Source: Hormiphora californensis (lineage: Eukaryota > Animalia > Ctenophora). Taken from it: a stretch of DNA of 64,000 nucleotides. Below, one piece after another: positions 35,859-47,765 of the stretch. The translations under genes and the position numbers were made by a program. Below the pieces are notes generated by a model, which saw nothing but the letters and a program-made list of their open reading frames with translations, made no database searches and was not told where the DNA came from. The stretch lies in the NCBI GenBank assembly GCA_020137815.1, contig CM035351.1:2480001-2544000 (forward strand), read 5' to 3'. Within the stretch, counting starts at the first letter, position 1; every line of letters begins with the position of its first letter.

Positions 35859-36814
35859 GGTAACCGAGGGAGGGAGTCCTTGTATCCCTTAGTTACGGAC
35901 TCTATCTGGAGTCTTGGGAGAGATTGGGGTACAGACAGTTATACAAACAGCACACAGCTCCAAAACATGTAAACTCAGTAAACCCCGATAGCTGAACTGT
36001 TTAGCTTGCGTCTGCACGCTGCGTACACACTCAGATAGAGATACCTGGGGGATAGAGAGATAGATAGAGAGAGATAAAAGTTGGAGTGGTTGAACAGAAA
36101 CGACAGAGGTTAAAATGATTCGTAGTATTCGTAATATGCCTATAATATAGGCTACTTCGTATAACCATTAGACCAATTATAGTGGGTGCTAATGTTCAGT
36201 AAGAGTCGACAGATGATTCCTAAAATCGAGAGAGGGCATTGGTCGCATTGCTTCCGGTGCATCCTGGAGTTCGGGAAATCGATCCAAAATTGAGGGCAGT
36301 AAAGCTCTGTGCAGAGAGACATAAATACAGGAGGAGAGGAAAAGCTCTCAGCGGAAGGAGAGGTCATGAGAGAGAAAGGGGGGAGAAAAAAAGAGCTATT
36401 CTGTTCTGTGCTACTCGATTATCATCAGATTTGAGTTTGTCTGGCCGCTGCAGCAGCTGTATTTTAGTATTGAAGCACTGCCCTATCAAACAGGTGCACT
36501 TCAGAGCTGTTTCCGGCAATTTCCCCATTGTTAGATCTCGGCCTGACAACGGAACATCTAGAAATCATTCTTCTCTCTCTTTCCCATTCCCCCGGCCCTA
36601 TCTCTATGTCTCTCTTCCCCAGCCCTAGCTCTCTCTCTATGTCTCTCTTCCCCATGTCCCCCTCTCTCTCTGTATGTCTCTCTTCCCCATGTCCCCCTCT
36701 CTCTGTGTCTCTTCTCCTAACTCTTGGCCGTCGACCATCATGGTCATTATGTGTGTAATGGGCCGGATTCTGGAGGGTAAATAGATGATCACTGCTTCCG
36801 CTGAAACCCCCTAA

Positions 36815-36921
<107 letters not shown>

Positions 36922-37027
36922 TCTCTCTCTTTCGTTTAGTTTCCTTTGTTCGTAGCAAATCCATGACTTTTTCATTGCTTTAATTCTCTGAAACAGTTTA
37001 TTCTTCAGTTTATTCTTCAGCCCAGTC

Positions 37028-40000
37028 ATGATGTCAGCTCCCCTCCTCCTACTCCTCCTCTCTGGATCCCTTGTAGGAGGATACTACACCAGTTGTGACA
37101 ACGATACAACCTCAATCGGAGCCCGGATCGATGCCCTATTCCGTGAAGCCATCAATTTTGAGGTTGTCGAAGATTTGTACGCGAACCGGAGCCGTGTCTT
37201 CCAAGTTAACCATACAGAGCTCGTGGACTTCATAGCCAATACAACGGAACAAGAGTTCATGGAGGCCAGTAGGGCTATCCGGCACATCAGGGACTCTGCC
37301 CGGGAGTCATACGAAGAGCATGAGTGGAGTGCTGGCATTAACAACTCATTTTGGGATGGCTTCACCTCTCCAATCCAATCAACCGATGGCACCTTCCTTG
37401 CTATGAACTGGAGCGAGAGGTACAATGATAATGTGAGCATGTCCGAGAGTGCTATTATCCTGCCTATCAATGTGTTTAGTAACTGGACTGACGTCAAGAA
37501 CACTATCCAATGGACCAAGAAACTGAACGAAGCATTCGTTGAGAATTATCTACAGAGACCGGAGAATATATACTGGCAGTACATTGGAACCCCTCAGGGT
37601 GCCCTCAGGAGTTTCCCTGCTGCCTTCATTCAGGAGAAAGAGAAGGACACTTTTGATGTGAGGCAGAGGCCATGGTACAATGAAGGAATCGGGTGTCCTA
37701 AAGATGTTGTGATGCTGATTGATACAAGTGGAAGTTTAGAGGGGTTCCCATCGAAACTGCTCAAGACGACTGCTAAAAAACTAATTGAGCTGATCCTCAC
37801 AGATTCTGATTTTGTCACAGCTATCTCTGTGGGACCGCAAGGTAAAGTGCCTCTTTCCCTTTACTACTTTTCTACATAACAGTATTTTATAATGTTCGAG
37901 AATGATGATCTGCAGTTACTGCAGATAAACTACTGTAGTTTATGGGATTAGCAGATTTATAGAGAATTCAATTTTATGCATGTTTAGAGGTTATGGGATT
38001 AGAGAATCTATACCTGTAGCTACACATCCCCACCCCCTCGTATGAAATAAACCCATTTTCAGCCCGATATTTCGTGTGTAACGGACTACTCCAGAGGGCA
38101 GAAGCGAGTGTGAAGGTCAGACTGGAGGAAGCCATCATGAGTTACCACCCCGCTGGGGTTAGCAACTGGACAGATGGGATCGATAAAGCCTTCCAGACAT
38201 TTTACAACTCAGAGAAAGCAAATCTTACTTCTCGGTACGACTGCTTCTACAGAATTGTGATCATATACTAGTACTTCAGCTACATAGATCTGAATCAGAC
38301 TGAATCTCAAGACCATAAATATACCCCAAGAGATGTATTGACATGTCTGGTTAACTGGTATATTTTTCTTGTCTCGCAGATGCATCAAGATCATCATAAT
38401 CTTCAGCGATGAAACGAGCCAAAACCTCCATGTTAGTACCATTTAGACAGCATGATATATCTGCTACATGTCAGCCATCGATTAGACAGCTGTGCTGGTA
38501 ACCATTTAGATAGTTACTAGGTACTACCTAGCTTAACTTTCATATACATGAAGTTTATTGTTCTTCTAGTTCCTACAATCCTACGAACAAATCACATTTA
38601 ATTCCGCGGTATAAGCTACGACCTCGTCATTTCTGGGCACTCATTCCACATTCGTTCCCATACTTTTAATCACACCTGTCCGCTGTCCCCCTTTCCCCCT
38701 TCGAGACAGCTTTCTAATAGAATACTGTCCAAAATTGTATTTGTCAAATATCTATCGGGGAGCTGCGAGGGCCAGAAGAGAGAGGGATAGAGAACCACTC
38801 ATCATCACTTAATTAAGAGGGGTGACAAAAAAGGAACCCATTCCCAAGCTGATCATGCTATATCAGGAGATGATAGAATCTCACGATCCAAGCGGAATGA
38901 CGAGGGTTTACGTATTCTCCTTTCGCCGAAATGAAGGTCTCTTTCCTGATAAGTTGACCAGCCTGCCCTGCCAACACGATGGGCTCTACAACAAGATCCT
39001 GTACTTTGGGCAAATTGAGGATTCCCTACAGACCATCGTTCAGGTAACACCCCCAGAATCAGCCAGACCAATCCTTCCTGATAATATCTCGTTATAGGTT
39101 CCCATGAAAAATCTTTTTGGTAGAAATTTAAAGTCTCAACTCCCACCTAGTCGGAGAACGAACACTTGAACAATGTTGATGTAGCTGAGACGTGGAGTAA
39201 TGTCTACAAGGACATTAACGGGTTCGGATTCGTTGTCACGGTTACCCTACCACTGGTAGTGAGCACTTCACTGAGCGAAAAACTCTCCACTGGAGTGGAT
39301 AGGGAGAACAGTGTGTCCTTCCTTGGTAAGAGGGAAATACTGGTTCCTGATTGGCTGATAACCAGTCACGTGACCTAAATAACGAGTTATGATTGGTTGT
39401 TTACTTGTTTCAGTCGGTTCCTTGGTAAGAGTACAATATGTTGTTTCTCAACAAAATATGGAATGGGATGTTTTTTTATCGTGTGATGTTTTTAGTTTTA
39501 ATCGTCGGAGATCGTGGTTACTTATTTTAAATCAAGAGAGACCCGTGATCACAGTTCAACTCTTTAACTCAAAAACAACCTACCCCCGCTCAGATAGTTA
39601 CCCAATCAATCCTTTAGGTGTGGTGGGGCTGGATTTCAAGACAATGTACATCGTCCGGAAAGCAGCGAGTGTCCTGCCTCCTAGTGCCGGGGTTATCCTA
39701 CTGAATAACAAGGGGTACCCCATCCATCACAATCTTATGGATAGGTTCAAAGGCCGTGATGTCACTACTAAACTACAGGACTTTTACTTCATCGAGGAGT
39801 ATCAACATGTATGTAGCAGAGAATAGGTAGAGAGTGAATTGTTCAAATCGCAGGAAGAGAGGGAGAGAGAGACTCAATCAAGGATGTAAAAGAGGAGGAT
39901 CTAGAATTTTCGAGTTTGACTGAGTCCTTTCCTCAGTCCACCAAAGTCCATAACTTTAAAGTAAGAGTGGCGTGCCGTGTTTTCTCACAAAACTTAGTGG

Positions 40001-43000
40001 ATGAACGGGGAGTACCACCAGGACCATTGGTACGGTATCGAAAATTTCCAATTCTGTCTCGTTCATTAGTTATGACGTAATATGTTCATTAGGGTAGACC
40101 GGGGTAATTTGGACGGTTTTGGCATTCAATTGGTATTTCAAGAGCCATTAATTTACTTAATCAATTAGTTAGCTACTCAATTTGTGCAACTGAACCTTTA
40201 TCTTGAGCCTCGGAACAAATTTGAATCGAAAACATAACTTTTAGATAGCTAATTAACCTTGTTAATGAAGGTAAGTCGGAATATTTTTGATCGCGAGACA
40301 CGGGGCAATTTGGACTAGTGGCTTCTAGACCAATCACAATGCGCGCATTCAATCACGTGACCGCGACACACCACATTGCCCCAGCTGTAAATCTGCGATG
40401 TAAATCAGACCGAGGTTGGGGCTATTTGGACAAACTTAGATTGTAGCCACAGTTTTTGAGATATCGATTTCAAACTTTTCAGTCATCTAGTAATTTAGTA
40501 TCCCGTGCTATTCCTTTTTTCAAAATTAGTTAATTAAGTAGTAATTAGCCTAATTAACCAAAAAATTAAGTGTTCATCAGATCTATATCTATAGGGTGCA
40601 TTTTCGAAAGCTCAGGATTAGCCTAGTCGATTATAAAATGATTTAATCTAATCCCAAATAGGGTTTTTGAGAAAATCGACATCAAAGATCAAAAAACCAC
40701 AAATAAAGCTACGGTTTTCAAAGGAATGCTGTTTGTGTTTTCAGGTGCTTACAAGGCCAGAAATTACTATTAATTAATCATGTTAGTGGCCGATTCCCAC
40801 TCAATGCAATTCCCTGGGGTTACTATAGCAACGGAGTTTGTTACCATAGTAACCGGCGAATTTGCATTAATGTACTATTTTCTTGCTCCGAATTCACCCA
40901 TTACATCCGTATTATTAGACTATCGATTATTTAAACATGATGGTGAGTCACAATGAGACATCAGACTACCTTCAGTTACCAGCCAGTCAGGGGCTTTGGT
41001 TATCAAATGTATGCCTATTGCTCTAAGTTAGCCTGTAATTTATCCCTTTATTCAGTTTAAATATCAGCTGCATATGGATGATTATCATGATAATACACTA
41101 CTTTTGGTCATCAAAGCACCAGTCCTAGATATTCTGGAGCACCCTATGAAGTTGGTTTGTCGAATGCCACACCATGGATTGACTTGTTACCTTGGCATCC
41201 AGAGAATTGGTTGTAAAATGCGCCTTTTTTCTATTTTTTTGGTCTATTTACTCAGTTTTAGCCATCTATATTGATTGAATAGGATAATTATGAAAGCAGG
41301 TTGTCTATGGTTACCATAGAAACGAGTATAATGGCGCCATGAGGCCAATTTTTTTTAACCAATTTACCCCTTGGGGCAATTTGGTCTAGTCCAAATTGCC
41401 CCACGGGGCAATCTGGATTATGACCGAATTGCCCCCGATTTTTTCGTCCGAATTGCCCCAAATTGTCCGAATTGCCCCGCTTCATTAAAATGCCAATTAG
41501 CTAATTAAATCGAAAGCTAATGTCATTTTGATGATGAAACTGAATAGAAAATTATCATATTGTGAAATTCTGACCCTTAATTTAACTAATTATCATAATT
41601 AAGTTTACCGAAATAAAGTTTAACTTTAAAGTCGTCATTTTTCGTTATTTCACACTAAACACCACAATTTAAAAGTCCCATATAAATCACTAGTCCACAT
41701 TGCCCCGTCCTGTGACCACATTGCCCCACCGTCCAAATTACCCCGGTCTACCCTATTTCAACTTTCATAAAATTGCTTTTCAGAAAAATCTGTGCATTGT
41801 GCATTGAAATGGATGCTTGCATCGTGTTCAGCGTCAAAAAATAGCCGGGGTACCAAATTTTGGTGTCTCTACCTTGTCTGTAACGCGAGATATCGACAAT
41901 TATCAAAAACGACCAAAAATGGGAGAAAGAGAGTGTGTTATCTTTGGGTGCTAACTGCTAGTTGTTTGTGCGCGCCACCCAACTGTAAGGGACCAACTTA
42001 CAAAAAAGTACCCGGGTTAGTTAACCATAAGTACTCGGGTTAGTTAACCATAAGTACTACAATCTCTCTTTCTCTCTCTTTGGTCGTTTTTGATATTTGT
42101 CAATATCTCGCGTCACAGACAAGGTAGAGACACCAAAATTTGATACCCCGGCTATTTTTTGACGCTGAACACGATGCAATCATCCATTTCAATCCAAAAT
42201 GCACAGATTTTTCTGTAGAGCAATTTTATGAAAGTGGAAATAATGAACATATTACGTCATAACTAATGAACGAGACAGAATTGGAAATTTTCGACAATGG
42301 TCCTGGTGGTACTCCCCGTTCATCCACTAAGTTTTGTGAGAAAAAACGGCGCGCCACTCTTACTTTAAATGGTTCATTGCAGGATTTGATGGAAATTGAA
42401 GTAGCACTGATGGAGCGATCTAAAGTAATGTTAAAAACTCGGGGAGACTTCTACGTCATCGGACAGAGACGAGGAACTGCCCGGGTTCAGGTAACTGGTA
42501 ACCATGGTTACAGGTAACTATTAGTTACCATGCCATGGTAACTAATAGTTACCTGCGTATTTTCCACGTTTCCAGTCACGGTTTCAGTGAAAACCATGAC
42601 GTATCAAATCCGCACCAGCCGCTCTTTGACTTTAGATAGAGCTGTCACCGTCAACAATGAACCAGCCATTTCCAAGAACTCTCCCCTTCAGGATCTGTAT
42701 TATGAGACGAGTCATGTTCCGGGGACTCCGTTTAGTGTTGCCATAGTGAACACTGAGTATCCAATCAAGTACCACATCCTAAAGTCATATACAATATCCA
42801 TGGAACGAGTGAGGCACATTCTTAGACAGTGGAAGGGCCGGATCCTTCATAGGTATTAATAATGTTCAAATATTGACCAATCAGAGCGCTAGATTGAGTT
42901 CAAAGTGACGTCATAAGCAATGCTGAACCAATCAGATCTCGCATCTTTTTGACCTGTCTAGCAGTGTCAATGTCTCAGATCGGTTCCGCTAGACAGTTCT

Positions 43001-44387
43001 TGACAGATAACCAAAAACAGAGATCAACCCAATATAAATTTTACCCCTCCCCATTTCATTTGACAGGTTTAAGTACTACGCGTGTAAAGACCTAGCAAGG
43101 ATCCTGGAAGACCGATCTGTTTCACACTACGAATTGAACTCCTGGGACTTTTGTAACCACCGCATTTATTCAGTTTTAACGGACATCATCATGAGTCAGG
43201 AGTATCGGAAACTGACCTGGCGACCACGATCCCTCTTTAAAACCCCGGAGAACATTCCCCTGATCACCCATTATGCCATCACATCAAATAGCATTGCATT
43301 TTACAGTGCTGCAAACTACCTCCAAACCGATTTCTTCTCCATTGAAAACGTGAGACCGTATGTGGGAGTGTTCAAGAACCCCCATGTCAGGTACTATGTA
43401 GACCTGCCCCTCTGGAGACCGTCCCTCAAACGGGAGACGGTTAACATAACCCGTCGACTCACCCTGGCCGGGTCTATGGTCATGGCAGTGGGATTTGAGT
43501 TGGATTTGGCAGTTTTCCAGCGCTGGGTCTACCTTGGAGTCACAGAGCCCAAACATGAGACTCTTCTGGTGAACGAAAATGCTTTTCTAGTGAGCTATCT
43601 TCCTCACCCGGGTATACCCATTCGGAGGTTTTTGGGTCGACACCACCCCTTCCTGCTGCGAGAGATGGTAAAAATGGGGATATTCAAGACTGTCAATCAT
43701 ATCGAGTGTATTGATGTATGCCAGGCACCTAACCGAGACCTAGCACACTCCTTTTTTGGGTATACCCTCAACACTGGATCAAGAGAACTCCATCATGAGA
43801 GTAGCAGTTCTCAGAACAAAATGACCTTGTGGACCATACTCGTGCATATCCTCCGATCTCTCATGCTAACCCTCCTAACCACTCTCCCCACCATGGCCCA
43901 AGAAGTGGAAGATGCCAGTTTATCTGAGGTGTACAAAGAGCGGGCTTATTTCAGTGGTAACAAACCAGAGGACATTAGAACGGTTGAATGCTGTCAAGAG
44001 TTCACCCATTTTGAGCGTGATTACACGTTTGATTTCCACTGTCAACCCCGGCTCCTGGTCAGCAAGTGTAGGAGTGGGTGTGAGACGGAGTATTTGATTG
44101 AGGAGGTGATGGGGACCAATCTAGTTTTGGTGGTTCACCGTACCCCAAGGTGTCACTGCAGTGAGGTTGAGGAGGTTCGAATTGGACAGGGAAGGAAGAG
44201 GTTTGTGCACTCGCCATGCTACAATGATTCCCACTCTCACGCCTTTATTCCCTCCAAGACGTGTGTAATGAGTAGGAAGAACAAGACAGAGGTCGAGGAT
44301 TCGTGTAGTGGAAGGAGGAGCGGTGCAATGAGAGGGGACTTGACAATGTTATGGACCATTATAATAGTTGCAGTTGTGGGGATATGA
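37028..44387 (+). CDS. CACNA2D: Voltage-gated calcium channel auxiliary subunit alpha2delta, multi-exon
   Basis: Signal peptide; VWA_N (WTKKLNEAFVENY..IYWQYIGTPQGALRSFP, FDVRQRPWY); VWA with MIDAS (KDVVMLIDTSGS); Cache motifs (WSNVYKD..GFGFVVTVTLP, LGVVGLD, LLNNKGY, LLVNENAFLV); TNLVLVV; hydrophobic C-terminus. Confidence 0.92.
39333..39421. mobile_element. Second copy of the ~110-bp MITE, flanked by a duplicated splice donor ttccttg|gtaagag
   Basis: Core matches 19430-19520; 14-bp direct repeat at 39319-39332 and 39418-39431. Confidence 0.8.
39960..42364. mobile_element. Long-TIR (~300 bp) foldback non-autonomous transposon with TTAA TSD (Kolobok-like) in a CACNA2D intron
   Basis: ttaa|agtaagagtggcg ... 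cgccactcttact|ttaa. The left arm (39960-40091 + 41756-~41930) is the reverse complement of ~42062-42364. Confidence 0.85.
40092..41753. mobile_element. Non-autonomous TA-TSD DNA transposon (Tc1/mariner/pogo-like) nested in the foldback arm
   Basis: 25-bp TIR gggtagaccggggtaatttggacgg; TA on both sides; subterminal ggggcaatttgg repeats; the uninterrupted site is visible in the opposite arm. Confidence 0.88.
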
Positions 44388-45170
44388 TGAGAACGGTGAC
44401 AATGTCTAAAATCTGAATTTTGAATTTGATTGTTGTTAACATCTCCAAATAGCGAATAGTATTTACTTTTAGTGAATCAAGGTCAAATGAAACATGCTCA
44501 ACGTGCAGCACATGTTGCATCTCTATTTGCGCATGACAGCATAGCATATGAGATGAGGTGTATAACATGTCACGGGCTACCAATCAATCTTTCATCTTTT
44601 CACCGAGTTTGCATCCCTTCCTCTCTCTCTCTCTTTCTCTCTCTCATTCTCAGATACTCACTCACTCACTATAATCTCTAAGCCTCTCCCACTCGTCTCT
44701 CTATTAACTCCATCACAGTCGACCACTCAGACCGTGCTTGCAAAGCTCAATTGCAATACATTGTCCGGTTTAACTATCTCCATGACAAAAATCATGCTCT
44801 CTCTCCTTTTCCTCCCTCTTCTCTCTCTCTTCTGCTCCTTCTCTCTCCAAGTAAATGGCAAACGAGGTCTCGTGATAGCACGTATAACTGCACGTGACTC
44901 CCTGGATCACGTGTTGCAGAACAGATAAAGGTGCGGAATCTCCCAACATCACATTTCTACGGTTTGACCAACAGCGTGTGGCCCACCAGAGATCCTCCTC
45001 TATCAAGATCTGATCAGATCAGGGATCTGATAATTTTTGTGGTACTGCCAATCTTTCACAACCGAGTACTGGTTTTTAGTTTTTGTGTTCTTCTACAGGA
45101 GATACTTAGTTTAAATTTACACAGTTCCTGCTTGTGAAAATCGTTTAAACATAATTGCAGAGAGAAGAGT

Positions 45171-45184
45171 GCTCCCCTGGCAAC
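45171..45184. promoter_or_regulatory. Possible RFX X-box upstream of ODF3
   Basis: gctcccctggcaac approximates GTTNCCATGGCAAC and lies ~85 bp before a ciliary gene ATG; short-motif match only. Confidence 0.35.
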
Positions 45185-45267
45185 CGTAACGCTCACTTCT
45201 CAGTTTGCCATCTCGTTTTAGTTACTCTATCAGTATCTCAACTAGACACCCGGTATATTGCTAGACC

Positions 45268-46464
45268 ATGGCTGAAGGCGTAGCGAGGCCAATGATCGCG
45301 GCAGTGGAGCGCGGCCCCGGTGCTGGCAAGTACCAGCCCAACATGGCTCCCACGTGGAAAAAGGCATCTGCGTACAGCTTTGGGGATCGGCCCAAGTTTG
45401 ATATCTCTAAGATTGATGATAGCCCTGGCCCTAAATACGCTGTCGATGAGACGCTGACTACCAAGGGAGCGGTGAGGAACCCCAAGTTTAGTCTCTCTGG
45501 ACGACATAAGGATGCTATCCCCTTCAACACTCCTGGACCCGGCTCCTACCAGGTACTACAGCAAGGCCCTGATGGCTCTCCTATTGCCCAAGTTCTCTCT
45601 ACTATTTCACCATAAATCAACTTCCCTCGTTCATCCCCATCACACTATGCGACTTCATGAAACACACATCACCTCTCAACATTCCATCCTCTCTCAGATT
45701 GAGAAGTGTGCTGTTCCCGGAGAGAGGAGGTCAAGTGCCTTTGTTATGGGAATGAGGACAAGGTACAAGAAGCACGACCAGACACCCGCACCCAGCCAAT
45801 ACTCTCTACCCGCCACTCTTGGATCCAAGGTAGGGTTATTTCAAACAAGCGTGGCCAAGTGCACCTTCATCAAACAAATGAACATTTTGGCAAGATATAA
45901 GAATGTTGATCAGATCACCTCGTCCCATTCCTAGCTTCCACATACTGTTTTCCACATAACAACTCACCCCCTCCTCCTAGTTGACGACAAGCAACATGAA
46001 GGGAAGCCGAGCATTCGGATTCAACTCCAAGCCCAAGAAGGGAGGTTATGACGAGGATCTGGGAAAGACCCCCGGACCCAGCAACTACGCTCTCCATGAC
46101 GATAACAAGACAAGGAAGAAGCAGCCCCATATGAGTATCAGTAGCAGGACGTATATTCCTGGTGACCCGACACAGAAACCAGGACCTGGAGCACACAGCC
46201 CCGAGAAGGTAAGGGAGATGGGGGTTTTGTTTTAAACAAACATGATCGGATAGGTATTAGGTATATGCACTGCTCTAACTTCGAGAATTTTAGAACACCT
46301 AACGAGGAAGGAAGAGGACAACCAAAACCCTTAAAATCCAGACCATACCATAATTAACCCACTCTCTTACTTTTCAGGTTGTCATCCACAAACCTAAGGG
46401 ACCTGCATTCGCCATCGGAACCAAGCACTCCGACTTCACAACTCCTCTTATTGTGGACGCTTAA
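45268..46464 (+). CDS. ODF3: ODF3/SHIPPO-repeat ciliary microtubule-associated protein; exons 45268-45552, ~45698-45829, 45981-46208, 46378-46464
   Basis: RPMIAA..GPG.GKY, SPGPKY, TPGPGSY, TPAPSQYSLP, EDLGKTPGPSNY, KPGPGAHSPEKV and FAIGTKHSDFTTPLIVD. Confidence 0.9.
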
Positions 46465-47765
46465 AGGTAACCCGACTGTTATAGGGATCTAGAATCCATA
46501 CCTACTCACAGCTCTTGCAAGGATGTACCTAGTGTAGATTTTCTTTTTACCAAAACATCTACTGAGTAGAATATACAATATACCCTGCTGAATAGAAACT
46601 AGAAACTCGACAGACATTTAACAGCCTGACGTCAATCGTCAGAGAAACAGTACCTAATGTTCTAATCAATCTCTTTCTCTCTTCAACAGGAACTGCTAGG
46701 AAGGAACCCATCTGAAGGAACTACGGAAATTCATTAGGAGACACAGCCCCATGAAACACGAGAAACACGTAAAGGGACACTTGAGAAACACTTTTTGTAA
46801 TTTGTATACAGCTGTTTATACACTCTTTGTATACTGCTGATACATTGTAGTAGCTTTATATCAGATTTTAAGAAATCCTGTTTTTACAAAGACCACGCCT
46901 AGTTCCCTGCTGGCAGTTCAGCTAAACATATATCTCCCTCTGATCCCTCTCTCAAGACTCAATCATTCAATATATCTATCTCTGCACTCAGAAGTCTTCT
47001 CTCTTGGAAAAACCAGTGTGTGTGAGGGTGCATGTTGAGTGATATTGCCGGAGTTCGCTGCTGCAGAACAACTTTGAATGCTGACACAGTGAGCTTTCTT
47101 CACATGCGCGTCCCCGCCGCGCACACACGGCTCCATCCCCAATCTACCCTGCTGCAGCTGCCCAAAATCGGCCTATCCCCTTGTTTTGTTCAAACCGCGG
47201 GGAGGGAGGGTCGAACAAGGCAACTATCCCCCTGCAACACCTGCAGCTGTTGAATGTAACACAGGGAAATAGGATGAGACTTCCCACCACACTCAAATCT
47301 TAGAAATAAAATGGGACGGAATTTGGGGGTTCTCAACTGTGACTAGCAAATAACATCAATACAAACTCGTAACACACACACACACACACCTTTACCTTTG
47401 TATAAAAGTTTGTGTAGAACATATCTCTCGTTAAAAACGTAGCCTAGATGATATAATATACACATATTATATGTCTCTAACTTACTTTATATATAGGTGG
47501 TTAATTATACAAATTAGTCAAATATTATGTAACAGTGTATCATGTAATATGTCATCATATGCAATGTTACTATCTTACGACTCCCAAACCGGCTGGCAAC
47601 TATTTATTGCCAATGAAAATGACTCGATCACTCTCGCTCTCTAATGTCTCTCTCTTTCTCCATATTTTACACTGAGTCCTAATGAATAATATTTACAAAT
47701 CCTATCTTTCATCACCTACCCTCTCTTTCTCCCATCTCTCTCCCATCCCTCTCTTTCTCCCATCT

